A DNA stretch of 64,000 nt from Candidatus Eiseniibacteriota bacterium. Its GTDB lineage: Bacteria; Eisenbacteria; RBG-16-71-46; CAVPCR01. The stretch is taken from positions 640,001-704,000 of the forward strand of contig CAWGMA010000001.1 of the NCBI GenBank assembly GCA_963823555.1, read 5' to 3'. A program made the translations under genes and the position numbers. Below the pieces are notes generated by a model that saw only the letters and a program-made list of their open reading frames with translations, searched no databases and was not told where the DNA came from. This document shows, piece by piece, positions 10,370 through 21,835 of the stretch; position 1 is the stretch's first letter; every line of letters begins with the position of its first letter.

Positions 10370-11008
10370 ATGAGAGAAGATCTGACCGATCGCCAGCGGG
10401 AGGTTTACGACTTCCTCGTCGGCTTCTGGCAATCTCGCGGTTATCCGCCATCGATTCGCGAGGTGGCGAGTCATTTCGGATTCCGCTCGACACGCGCAGT
10501 CGTTGACCACCTCGGTGCGCTCGAGCGCAAGGGGTGGATCGTGCGCACGCGGGAACGCTCGCGCGCGATCGAGTTCCCCCTGGCGCGGATCTCGGGAGGG
10601 AGCGCTGCCGTCAGGGAGTCCGATCAGGTCATGGTGCTCCCGGTCGTGGGCCGCATAGCCGCCGGCGAGCCCATTCTCGCCGTCGAGAACATTGTCGACG
10701 AGATCTCGCTCGATCGGTCCTGGGTGCGAGGCCAGCGCCCCTTCCTGCTCAAGGTCGTTGGGGATTCCATGCGCGACGCCGGGATCCTCGATGGGGATTA
10801 CGTCCTCGTGAATGGCGAGGACAGGGCCGACGATGGGGACATCGTGGCTGCGATCATCGAGGACGAGGCCACCGTCAAGCGGCTGCGCAAGAACCGCGGC
10901 GAGGTCCTGCTCGAGCCGGCGAACCCGGCCTACTCGCCGATCCCGGTGCGGAGCGACCAGTCGTTCCAGCTCGTGGGCAAGGTGATCGGCGTCTTCCGCA
11001 AGCTGTAG
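10370..11008 (+). CDS. lexA: SOS transcriptional repressor LexA
   Basis: LTDRQREV, GYPPSIREVA wHTH, VGRIAAGEPILA cleavage site, GDSM Ser and ATVKRL Lys; GGAGG SD. Confidence 0.97.
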   Translation: MREDLTDRQREVYDFLVGFWQSRGYPPSIREVASHFGFRSTRAVVDHLGALERKGWIVRTRERSRAIEFPLARISGGSAAVRESDQVMVLPVVGRIAAGEPILAVENIVDEISLDRSWVRGQRPFLLKVVGDSMRDAGILDGDYVLVNGEDRADDGDIVAAIIEDEATVKRLRKNRGEVLLEPANPAYSPIPVRSDQSFQLVGKVIGVFRKL

Positions 11009-11072
11009 CGCGGGAAACGCCAAGGCGACTCGTCGGGCTGGAATGCCGCCGGGGGCCTGGCCTGCCTCCTGG

Positions 11073-11101
11073 TTGACGGCCTCGATCGCGGCCGCTATAG
11101 T
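11073..11101 (+). promoter_or_regulatory. Sigma70 promoter of tRNA-Glu
   Basis: TTGACG-N17-TATAGT. Confidence 0.75.
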
Positions 11102-11175
11102 GCCTCTCCCTGCACTCGGGTGCGGCCCGTGCTCTGGCTTGCGGCCAGCGCTCCGAGTGGCACGCCAACCTCTTC

Positions 11176-11253
11176 GTCCCCATCGTCTAGCCTGGCCTAG
11201 GACACCGGCCTTTCACGCCGGTAACACGGGTTCAAATCCCGTTGGGGACACCA
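11176..11253 (+). tRNA. tRNA-Glu(TTC)
   Basis: Acceptor stem GTCCCCA/TGGGGAC, anticodon arm CCGGC-CTTTCAC-GCCGG, T loop GGTTCAAATCC, encoded CCA. Confidence 0.97.
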
Positions 11254-11361
11254 CCCTTCATCCCCTCACCGCCTTGTTGGCTCGACGGTGGTTCCAGGAG
11301 GCTCGTGTCAGGCGGGCCCACCAGGTGGATGGGTGGTTTCCCCGGCCTCTAGGCAGGCACA

Positions 11362-11397
11362 GAAGACCCGGTTGCCCACTGGGGCAACCGGGTCTTC
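11362..11397. terminator. 16-bp perfect hairpin between convergent tRNA and secreted-protein gene
   Basis: GAAGACCCGGTTGCCC-ACTG-GGGCAACCGGGTCTTC. Confidence 0.75.
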
Positions 11398-11416
11398 CTT
11401 GGTGAGTGCCCAGGGT

Positions 11417-12067
11417 CTAGTCGTTGTAGAACGACTTGATGACGCCCCAGGTGGCAGGCTCGACCGGCGTGGCATCACAGGGCCAGGCGTCGGCGCCAGC
11501 GAGTGTCAGTTCGTAATCGCAACCGATCTCGCCGGGGTTCGTCGTGTGAACGACCATCACGAGGGTCTGGCCAGGCGGCACGTCGAAGGACATCGTGACC
11601 GGAGTTGGCGGGATGCCGCTGCTCAAACCCGGATCGGCAAGATAGTTGGTGCAGATATTGTTCGGGTCGAAGCTGCCCAGGTAGGCGTTCGCCTGCAGAT
11701 TGCAGTTTTCCTGGGTCAGGACCAGCAACTGCATCTGCACGCAAGTCGTGGTGGCGCAGTTGTTGCGGATTGCGTACGCGTCGTAGGCACGGCCCGGGTC
11801 GGTGAGGAAGATGTCACAGACCTTCGGAGCACCGCAGGCACTCGCGATGCCGTTGCGATTGAGGCGGCCTACCTGCTGGCCCGAGTTGGCAGGCCAGCCG
11901 GGAGCGCCGCTCCCCAGGGTGCCGTTGATGACGATCACGTCGTCCGAGTAGATCAGATTCGGATCCGGAATGGGCACATCGCCGTCTGTCTGGTCATAAG
12001 CGATGGCTCCCGCCGGGACTAGGGTGACTAGGGCAACAGCCACCGTGAGAATCGATAGCCTCTGCAT
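11417..12067 (-). CDS. Secreted Cys-containing hypothetical protein with C-terminal TWGxIK tail
   Basis: Signal peptide MQRLSILTVAVALVTLVPAGAIA; AAGGAGG SD; ends TPVEPATWGVIKSFYND. Confidence 0.85.
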   Translation of the reverse strand: MQRLSILTVAVALVTLVPAGAIAYDQTDGDVPIPDPNLIYSDDVIVINGTLGSGAPGWPANSGQQVGRLNRNGIASACGAPKVCDIFLTDPGRAYDAYAIRNNCATTTCVQMQLLVLTQENCNLQANAYLGSFDPNNICTNYLADPGLSSGIPPTPVTMSFDVPPGQTLVMVVHTTNPGEIGCDYELTLAGADAWPCDATPVEPATWGVIKSFYND

Positions 12068-12504
12068 GGGGTGGGCCTCCTTGAGGAATAGAGGTGTTCG
12101 GGACAGGCCAATTTGCTTGGCCAGTAGATGTCGCAGCGTACCTCAATCGAGGTTACAACTCAAGTCCTATCATCAGGATAACGTTGGACCGGCTGAGGCG
12201 TTTGCCTGTAATGCAGGTTCATCATGTCATGAACAAGTGAGCTGTGTTTCCGGCGTTCGCCTGCAACCTCAATGCTGATTGTCATTCCAGGAGAGGAGGA
12301 GCCCACGACTGATGGTTGGCCGATCTCATCGCTCGCGTCTCTGTGGAAGTGAGGAGGCGCGGGCTAGGCCACAGCAGTCCCTCTTGATCAGATCGGTCCA
12401 TTCCTGAGCCCCGCGTGCTTCACTTTGCGGTCACATCCGGGCCGGTGGCGACGTATGTCCGTTGTCAGGGATCCTCCTGGCTTCCACTGGATGGAGGTTT
12501 TGTG

Positions 12505-13611
12505 ATGCAGAAGTGGATCATCCTTGTTGCCGCAATCGGTTTGGCCGTCGCCGGTTGCGCCGGAGACCAGGTTGCCACCGGACCCGTTGGTGCCGAACTG
12601 GGACGCGGCGACGAATACAGTCTTGGTCGGGCGATGCCCATTGTCGCCCGCGGGCGAGTGGTCGTTGCCAATCGAGCCTCCGGCACGATCTCGGTGATCG
12701 ACACCAAGACGGATCAGGTCGTCGGCACCCATGAGCTTCCGGCCGAGATGGGGGAGCCGACTCCCGAGCCGATGTACGTGGTCCCGACCTCGACGCACCG
12801 CCGGGTCTTCGTCGGGGACCGGGCCAACAATCGCGTGGCCGTCTTCGATGCCCGTTCGTTCAAGGTGGAGGGGACCGTGGCCGCCGGCAACGGCGTCTTC
12901 CACATGTGGGCCGATCCCCAGGGCCGGCAGCTCTGGGTCAACAATGACATCGACAATACATCGACCGTGATCGATCCGGGCACACTCACCGTGATCGCCA
13001 CGGTGCCGACTCCGGCCGACCTCGTGGCTCTGGGCGGCAAGCCGCACGATGTCATCCTCGCTCCGGACGGGATGTATGCGTACGTGACCGTCCTCGGCGT
13101 CGCCGGGGCCAACGACTACGTGGTTCAGTTCGACACTTCGACCTTCAGCGAAGTGGCGAGGGCTGCGGTGGGGAAGGATCCCCACGTCTCGCTGGCCCGC
13201 CAGAACGATTGGCTCTACGTCCCCTGCCAGAACAGCGATGTCGTCATCATCCTCAACCGCTTCACGATGGCGATGGAGAGCAGCGTCACCGTCCCGGGTG
13301 CGCACGGAGCGGGCATGGCGCAGAATGGCCGCTACTTCTACACGGCGAACCTGCCGGGCGGCGGCAGCGACGCGCTCTTCACGATCGATACCAGTACCAA
13401 CTCGGTCGTCGGCGATGCGGTGGACAGCCCGTATCCGGTACCGCACAACATCGCCCTGACCTCGAGCAGCCACCGGCTCTACCTCACGCATTCCGGAGGC
13501 ACTTCGGACAAGGTGACAGTCTACGCGATCAGCAGTCAGAGTCCGGTTCCGGTCTTCATGGCCGAAGTGACCGTGGGCTTGAATCCCTTCGGTATCGCCT
13601 ACTTGCCTTGA
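12505..13611 (+). CDS. YncE/YVTN-type beta-propeller lipoprotein
   Basis: Lipobox LAVAGC; repeats VVVANRASGTISVIDT, LWVNNDIDNTSTVIDP; ends VGLNPFGIAY; GGAGG SD. Confidence 0.85.
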   Translation: MQKWIILVAAIGLAVAGCAGDQVATGPVGAELGRGDEYSLGRAMPIVARGRVVVANRASGTISVIDTKTDQVVGTHELPAEMGEPTPEPMYVVPTSTHRRVFVGDRANNRVAVFDARSFKVEGTVAAGNGVFHMWADPQGRQLWVNNDIDNTSTVIDPGTLTVIATVPTPADLVALGGKPHDVILAPDGMYAYVTVLGVAGANDYVVQFDTSTFSEVARAAVGKDPHVSLARQNDWLYVPCQNSDVVIILNRFTMAMESSVTVPGAHGAGMAQNGRYFYTANLPGGGSDALFTIDTSTNSVVGDAVDSPYPVPHNIALTSSSHRLYLTHSGGTSDKVTVYAISSQSPVPVFMAEVTVGLNPFGIAYLP

Positions 13612-13630
13612 TCGACCGCCAAGAAGGAGC

Positions 13631-13658
13631 AGGGGCCATCTCGCAAGAGGTGGCCCCT
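13631..13658. terminator. Hairpin between convergent genes
   Basis: AGGGGCCATCTC-GCAA-GAGGTGGCCCCT, 12-bp stem. Confidence 0.65.
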
Positions 13659-13676
13659 CGTCATTCCCGGGCGCTG

Positions 13677-15347
13677 TCAGGGCATGATCACGACGCGCAC
13701 TACCGCAGACGCATCCGATCCGCCTGTTGCTCGCAAGAAGTAGATCCCGGAAGCGAAGCGCCGCCCGGCGAACACATCGCTCCAGGCGAGGGCATGGCGG
13801 CCGCTCGCCAGGGGCTCGAGATCCCGCCTCGCCGCGAGCCGTCCGGTCGCGTCGTAGAGCTCGAGTGCGAGCGGGGTCCGGCCCTCGCTCGTCCACTCGA
13901 TCTTCCCGTCGCCGAAGAGCGGATTGGGCGCCACACGGAGTCCGTGGGGGACCGGCGGGGCGCCGCCTGCCATCGCCGCCGAACCGCAGCCCTCGGGGAA
14001 GGCGCCGATGAGCGCGCAGCCGGGTGGCGAGTTGGCCGGTGCGCAGGGGGAGGACGCATCGATCCGGAAGTCGCCGCCGGCGGCATTGCAGAACATGGGA
14101 TCGGCGGCGAAGTTCCCATCCTGGCCGAGCTGGTCGGCCAGGCAGCCCACCCAGTCGCCCCCGGCATTGCCGAAGACATCCGAGCATGCTACATCGGCGC
14201 TCGAGCCGGGCTCGCAGTAGATGGCCTCGCCGGCGGTGCCGAAGGCGATGATCGAACGTTCGACCACCGCGGCTGAAGGGCCGTCGGTCGCTCCGACATA
14301 GATCCCTCCACCAAGCGGGCACGAGTTGCCATGGAAGGTCGAGCTCCGGATGATCGGCATCGAACCGTAGCTCAAGAGCCCGCCCCCGGCTTCGACCGCC
14401 GAGTTGCCGGCAAAGAGGGCGCGCTCCAGGACCGGAGCCGACGCAGACATGAAGAGCCCGCCGCCGCGCGATGGGCTCGTGTTCTCGATGAAGCGGCAAT
14501 CGGTGAACTCGGGGTCGGTGTCGAGGATGAACGCCCCGCCACCCGCGCTCGTCGCCGAGTTCCCGGTGAATGTCGAACGGGTGACCCGGAGCACCGTCGT
14601 CACGCCGCCGGTGGCGAGGCCACCGCCCCAGGATCGCGCCGCATTCGCGGTAAACGTGCAATCGACGAGGTTCGCGATGGCGCCGCCGCCCACCCAGACC
14701 CCGCCGCCGCGCTTCGATGCATTGCGCTCGAAGCTCGAGTTCGTGACCGTTGCGTTGGAGAGCCGGTCGATCCAGAGGCCGCCGCCATATCCGGCATAGT
14801 CGGAGTTTCCGTCCCCGATGTTCTCGGAGAAGGTGCAGTCGGTGATGACGACCATCGAGCGGTTGCACCAGATGCCGCCGCCGGCGTCACCCCGGCTGTT
14901 CTGGAACACGCAGTTCTCGAAGCTGGCGCCGGCATCGCTCATGAGGACAGCGCCTGCTTCGCCGTCGGCGAAAGCATTGGTAACTGTGAAGCCGACGATA
15001 CGGCAGGCAATCGTCTCGTGCCGCATCAAGAGGAAGCCCCTGCCTTGCTGCTCGCAATCGATGATGGTCGATGCCGGGCCTTCGCTGGCGAAGAGGATGA
15101 GGTCCTTGCCTCCGAGGTCGAGGTCGCGGTTCGCAGGACCGGTGTAGGTCCCGGCGGCGACGACCAGCGAATCGCCGGGGACAGCGATGTTGATGGCGGC
15201 CTGGATCGTCGGCTGGTCTTCCGGGACGCGGATCGTGGTGGCGCCGGCCGGGCCGGCGCCGATCATGAGGAAGAAACTCAAAGTGAGGAGAGTTGCGGCC
15301 GGTGCAAGCACGCTGGCCGTGGAGGGTCGAAGCCCTGCGGTCGCCAT
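13677..15347 (-). CDS. Secreted right-handed parallel beta-helix (Pmp-like repeat) protein with T9SS/FlgD-like C-terminal domain
   Basis: TIRVPEDQPTIQAAI; repeated FxxN...GGG; ADPMFC...SSPC; tail VAPNPLF...LYDATGR...SGIYFLR. Confidence 0.85.
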   Translation of the reverse strand: MATAGLRPSTASVLAPAATLLTLSFFLMIGAGPAGATTIRVPEDQPTIQAAINIAVPGDSLVVAAGTYTGPANRDLDLGGKDLILFASEGPASTIIDCEQQGRGFLLMRHETIACRIVGFTVTNAFADGEAGAVLMSDAGASFENCVFQNSRGDAGGGIWCNRSMVVITDCTFSENIGDGNSDYAGYGGGLWIDRLSNATVTNSSFERNASKRGGGVWVGGGAIANLVDCTFTANAARSWGGGLATGGVTTVLRVTRSTFTGNSATSAGGGAFILDTDPEFTDCRFIENTSPSRGGGLFMSASAPVLERALFAGNSAVEAGGGLLSYGSMPIIRSSTFHGNSCPLGGGIYVGATDGPSAAVVERSIIAFGTAGEAIYCEPGSSADVACSDVFGNAGGDWVGCLADQLGQDGNFAADPMFCNAAGGDFRIDASSPCAPANSPPGCALIGAFPEGCGSAAMAGGAPPVPHGLRVAPNPLFGDGKIEWTSEGRTPLALELYDATGRLAARRDLEPLASGRHALAWSDVFAGRRFASGIYFLRATGGSDASAVVRVVIMP

Positions 15348-15429
15348 GGTGCCGTCCTTTCAGAATCGGCCCTTCGGCATGGGGCCAGGCTGGGATGGGC
15401 TTCGAGTATCCCGCCGGGCCCGCCCGCGG

Positions 15430-16614
15430 TCAAACTTGGTTCCCGGACGCCTCTTCGAACATGCCGCGGACGAGGATCCTCCGTTCCCGCACATGCCAGC
15501 GGCCGCGGGCCATCACGTCGCGGATGACGCTCTCCTCGTCGAGCACCACCAGATCAGCGTCGGCGCCCGTGGCGATCCGTCCCTTGGCGTGAAGCCGGAG
15601 GAGAGCAGCCGGATTCGCCGTGAAGGGGGGGAGGACGTCGCCGAGCGCGTGGCCTTGCCGGAGGAGCTCGGCCAGCGTGGCTGCCAGCCCCTCGGGGCGA
15701 CCGACTCCCATGCGCAAGAAGCGTCCCCCGGAATCGAAGACCGGGAGCGAGCCGCCGGCATCGGTCGACACCGTGATCCGGTCCCGGGGGAGACCAGCGC
15801 CCAGGAACTCAGCGATGGCGTGGGCGGCCGGGATCGTCTCGTCACCGCCGGTTCCGACCGGGTAGGCCGTGACATCGATGGTGATTCCGCGCGCGGCAAG
15901 CTCCATCGCCTCCGCGAAGACCGAGCGCCGGCGATTGACATGCGTCGGGTGGAAGACGCTCGGCGGGAGCTCCGTCGAGTCGAGGGCGGCGCGGATGAAC
16001 TCGAGGCCGCGCGCGCCGCCGCCCACGTGGAGGTGCAGGACGCCGGCCTTTCCGGCGAGCATTCCCGCCGTGCGCGCCTCGCCGGCCAGGCGCAGGATCT
16101 CCTCCAGGGTCGGCTGGCTCGATCGGTGGTCACTGATCGCGATCTCGCCGATTCCGATCACGGGTTCGATGAAGGCGATGTCGCCGCGCACGCTGCCGGT
16201 GAGGGTCACGGGCGGGACGTGGTAGCCGCCGGTCCAGCAGTAGGCGGACAGGCCCTCGGTGGCGAGAGCCCGGGTGCGGGCGACGAGGGCCGCGGGCGAT
16301 CGCGTGAGATCGTCGGTGCCGAGGAGCCCGACCACGGTGGTGGTTCCACCGCGCGTGAAGCGCGAGAGGGGAATGGGCGGCACGCTCGACTGCGGTCCGC
16401 CCTCGCCGCCGCCTCCGGTCACATGCACATGGCAGTCGATGAAGCCGGGAAGGAGACGGAGCCCGCCGAGATCGACGATCTCGGCTTCGATGGCGGGAGG
16501 AAGGGTGGGCGGGCTGCTCCCCATCCACACCACTTTCTCGCCGGCCACGAGTAGATGGCGGCGCCCGAGCGGCTCGGGTGCGAAGACATCGGCATCGAGG
16601 AGGAGCGTGAGCAT
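15430..16614 (-). CDS. iadA: Isoaspartyl dipeptidase (beta-aspartyl peptidase)
   Basis: PGFIDCHVHVTGGGGEGG, GTTTVVGLLGTD, GEIAISDHRSSQPT, HLHVG, PTHVNR, STDAGGSLP. Confidence 0.92.
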   Translation of the reverse strand: MLTLLLDADVFAPEPLGRRHLLVAGEKVVWMGSSPPTLPPAIEAEIVDLGGLRLLPGFIDCHVHVTGGGGEGGPQSSVPPIPLSRFTRGGTTTVVGLLGTDDLTRSPAALVARTRALATEGLSAYCWTGGYHVPPVTLTGSVRGDIAFIEPVIGIGEIAISDHRSSQPTLEEILRLAGEARTAGMLAGKAGVLHLHVGGGARGLEFIRAALDSTELPPSVFHPTHVNRRRSVFAEAMELAARGITIDVTAYPVGTGGDETIPAAHAIAEFLGAGLPRDRITVSTDAGGSLPVFDSGGRFLRMGVGRPEGLAATLAELLRQGHALGDVLPPFTANPAALLRLHAKGRIATGADADLVVLDEESVIRDVMARGRWHVRERRILVRGMFEEASGNQV

Positions 16615-16639
16615 CGTCCCCTCCGCTCTCGGGCTCGAG

Positions 16640-19121
<2,482 letters not shown>

Positions 19122-19278
19122 GATCCCCCCATGAAGAAATGCCCGGCCGGGACGACGCTCGCCCCGTAAAGCCCGGCGAGGCCGCAGTTTTTTAGCACGC
19201 GCGGCACGCGGGGTCGAGCACTTCCTTCCCTCTCGCGGTCGAGTGCCCGAAGACCGGTCGAGCGGCGGCCCGTCGCCG

Positions 19279-19779
19279 CTAGCGGGGCCAGCGCTCCACC
19301 TGCCGCCGATGGCGCAGCAGGTGCACGATTGCATGTTCGAGAATCATCTCCGGGTCGTAGGTCGGACCCCAGCGCACCGGAAAGCGAATGGCGGCCACGG
19401 TGGCCTCGTCTGCATGGTAGAGGCCATCGAGAGCGCCCTCTGTGTAGCGCAGTGCGTCGGCCAGGCGAGCGCGCACGTCGTTCGTCATGCCGAGCAGAGC
19501 TGGATCGAGCTCCACCTTCTCCTCGTGGGTGAGCCCGCGCGCCTTGCGGATGTAGTTGGCATAGCCGCGCGCGGCACGAACCACGTGCGCCGCCAGGGCG
19601 CGGATGGATCTGGTGTCGGGATCCTGGCTCGCCTGCTCCCAGTCCAGAGCGCCGGCCGGCAGCCCCTCCAGGATCCGGCAGAAATCCTCGGCGGCGCGCG
19701 CATACTCGTCCATCAGCGCCCCGAACGGCCCGGGAAGCCCGGGCCGCGACAGGAACTGAGCTCCTGCGGTCGGCATCAC
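19279..19779 (-). CDS. DinB/YfiT-like four-helix-bundle metal-binding protein
   Basis: SIRALAAHVV and C-terminal EHAIVHLLRHRRQV. Confidence 0.8.
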   Translation of the reverse strand: MMPTAGAQFLSRPGLPGPFGALMDEYARAAEDFCRILEGLPAGALDWEQASQDPDTRSIRALAAHVVRAARGYANYIRKARGLTHEEKVELDPALLGMTNDVRARLADALRYTEGALDGLYHADEATVAAIRFPVRWGPTYDPEMILEHAIVHLLRHRRQVERWPR

Positions 19780-19785
19780 TTACCT

Positions 19786-20784
19786 CTAGTGCGGCACGCG
19801 ATCGATCAGCATGAGCGCGATGATCGCCGGCAAGTAGAGCACGGAGTAGAGGAAGACCCGGCGCGCGGCGCGATCCTCGCCCGTGCGAGCGAGAACCACC
19901 GCCAGGGCGACGAACAGAGCGCCCAGGAGCGCAGCGCCGGCGAAGTAGATGCGCCCCGTCATCCCGATCCAGGTCGGGATCAGGCTCACCACGGTGAGGA
20001 GGATGCTGGTCCCGGTGATCTGGCGGAATGTCCACTTACCACTGGGATCGATCACCGGCCACATTGGAAACCGCCCGCGGGCGTAGTCCTCGCGGTAGAG
20101 CCAGGCGATGGCGAAGAAGTGGGGGAGCTGCCAGACGAACAGGAGCGCGAAGAGAGCGACCGCTCCCGCCCCCAGCTCGCCGCGCGCGGCCACCCACCCG
20201 ATCACGGGCGGCAGGGCTCCGGGGATCGCGCCGACCGCCGTGCACCAGGGAGTCGTGCGCTTGAGTGGTGTGTAGGCGAACACATAGCTCACCAGCGTGA
20301 TCGCCGCGACCAGGCTCGCGGCCGGATGGACCGCCACGGCGAGCCACACGATGCCGAGCGCCGAGAGATCCACGGCGAAGATGAGCGCCTCGCCGGGTCC
20401 CAGCCGGCCGCTCGGTAGGGGCCGCCGCCGGGTGCGATGCATGCGCGCGTCGGCCTCGCGCTCGAGGAACTGATTGAGCGCGCTGGCTCCCCCCGCGACG
20501 AGGCCGGTGGCAACGAGCAGGTGCACGAGCCGACCCACTTCCGGGAAGCTCGCCGCACCGAGCGTGTAGCCCAGGAGCGTGGTCACCAGGACCAGCGTGG
20601 TGATACGCGGCTTCGTGAGCTGCGAGAAATCGGCGGCCCGGGCGACGGCAGCGCCGACCTCGCCGCGCGGTGAGTCGACGGCGGGCTGATCCGTGCCCCG
20701 GGCTCCTCGTCCAGGGAGGGGGCCCGGCGGGGACGTCGTCATCGTCCCGGTGCGTGATGCGGAGGCAAGTGGGGATCGACTCAT
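19786..20784 (-). CDS. ctaB: Protoheme IX farnesyltransferase (heme O synthase)
   Basis: LTKPRI, NQFLEREADARMHRTRRRPLPSG, YTPLKR, GALPPVIGW, WQLPHF, EDYARG. Confidence 0.95.
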   Translation of the reverse strand: MSRSPLASASRTGTMTTSPPGPLPGRGARGTDQPAVDSPRGEVGAAVARAADFSQLTKPRITTLVLVTTLLGYTLGAASFPEVGRLVHLLVATGLVAGGASALNQFLEREADARMHRTRRRPLPSGRLGPGEALIFAVDLSALGIVWLAVAVHPAASLVAAITLVSYVFAYTPLKRTTPWCTAVGAIPGALPPVIGWVAARGELGAGAVALFALLFVWQLPHFFAIAWLYREDYARGRFPMWPVIDPSGKWTFRQITGTSILLTVVSLIPTWIGMTGRIYFAGAALLGALFVALAVVLARTGEDRAARRVFLYSVLYLPAIIALMLIDRVPH

Positions 20785-21797
20785 GCGCCTGAGGTCGCTG
20801 GGCGATTCACCAGCGAGCGGGAAGCGGCGCCGATCGGGGCCGCGGGTTCGAGGACGCTACGTCGGCTCATGAGCGCCATGATCAGGCTCGTCCCGAGCAG
20901 CGCGGCGCCGACTGTCACGTGTGCGGTCGCCGGCAGCACGGCCAGCTTGGTCAGCACGGTGAGTGCGCCGAAGGTGATCTGAGCGACCAGGAGCACGAGC
21001 AGGAGGACGGAGCCTCTGCGGACCCCACGCGGTGCGCGGCTCTCGGTCAGAGCACGCACCACGGTGAGGACGACGAGAGCTGTAACCAGGAGCGCCCCCA
21101 TCCGGTGCACGAACTGAATCGCAACCAGCGAGGAGGTGAAGGGTGGAATCAGGTGGCCGTTGGCCAGCGGGAAATCGCTGATCGCGAGACCGGCCTTGGT
21201 GTGCCGCGTCAGGGCCCCGAGGATGAGCTGCACGTAGATCGTCGCTGTCGTGACGGTGGTGAGCGCGACGAGCCGGGGAGAGACATACCCCTCGCCGGCG
21301 TGCGCCCGCCATCCGCCTGGCTCGGCGCTCAGCCAGGCCGGAGAGGTGACGACGGCGATCGTCACGAGTAGGCAGAAGAAGGCCTGGGCGACACAGGCGT
21401 GCAGAACGGAGATCGCCGTGGGCAGGAGAAAGAGCACGGTGATTCCGCCGAGGAGCCCCTGCGTGATGACCGCGGCGAGCGCGAAGAGACCGAGGCGGCG
21501 GACCCACAGCCGCGGTTCGCTCTTCTTGAGCCACATGACGAGGATGATGGTGAGAAGGCCGACCGTCGTCGCCACCATACGGTGCCCGTGCTCGTAGAGA
21601 ATCCCACCGACCATGGGCGGGAAGACCTTGCCATAGGAGAGTGGCCAGTCGGGAACGGCGAGCCCGGAGCCGGTCGATGTCACGAGCCCGCCCGCAGTGA
21701 TGAGAGCCAGCGTGGCCACGGCCGTGAGGACGGCATAGATATGGAGCGCGCTGGCCCGTCGGTTGGGCTCGGCCGTGCTCGCTACGCGTTCACTCAT
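20781..21797 (-). CDS. ctaA: Heme A synthase (COX15/CtaA family)
   Basis: GGLVTSTGSGLAVPDWP, YEHGHR, QGLLGG, QLILGALTRH, QFVHR; 4-nt overlap with ctaB. Confidence 0.9.
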   Translation of the reverse strand: MSERVASTAEPNRRASALHIYAVLTAVATLALITAGGLVTSTGSGLAVPDWPLSYGKVFPPMVGGILYEHGHRMVATTVGLLTIILVMWLKKSEPRLWVRRLGLFALAAVITQGLLGGITVLFLLPTAISVLHACVAQAFFCLLVTIAVVTSPAWLSAEPGGWRAHAGEGYVSPRLVALTTVTTATIYVQLILGALTRHTKAGLAISDFPLANGHLIPPFTSSLVAIQFVHRMGALLVTALVVLTVVRALTESRAPRGVRRGSVLLLVLLVAQITFGALTVLTKLAVLPATAHVTVGAALLGTSLIMALMSRRSVLEPAAPIGAASRSLVNRPATSGA

Positions 21798-21835
21798 CTC
21801 TGGTTCTCCCAAAGTCTGCTCGAGAACGCCGGCAT

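Noticed and set aside
12388..14868. 826-aa ORF and the many other long Arg/Pro/Gly-rich ORFs in the track
   Set aside because: Alternative-frame artefacts of high-GC DNA overlapping well-supported genes
11176..15400. Integrative element at tRNA-Glu
   Set aside because: No integrase and no duplicated tRNA 3' end (att site) seen by eye
19279..19779. DinB as DNA polymerase IV linked to the SOS genes
   Set aside because: It is the small helical DinB/YfiT family, not a Y-family polymerase
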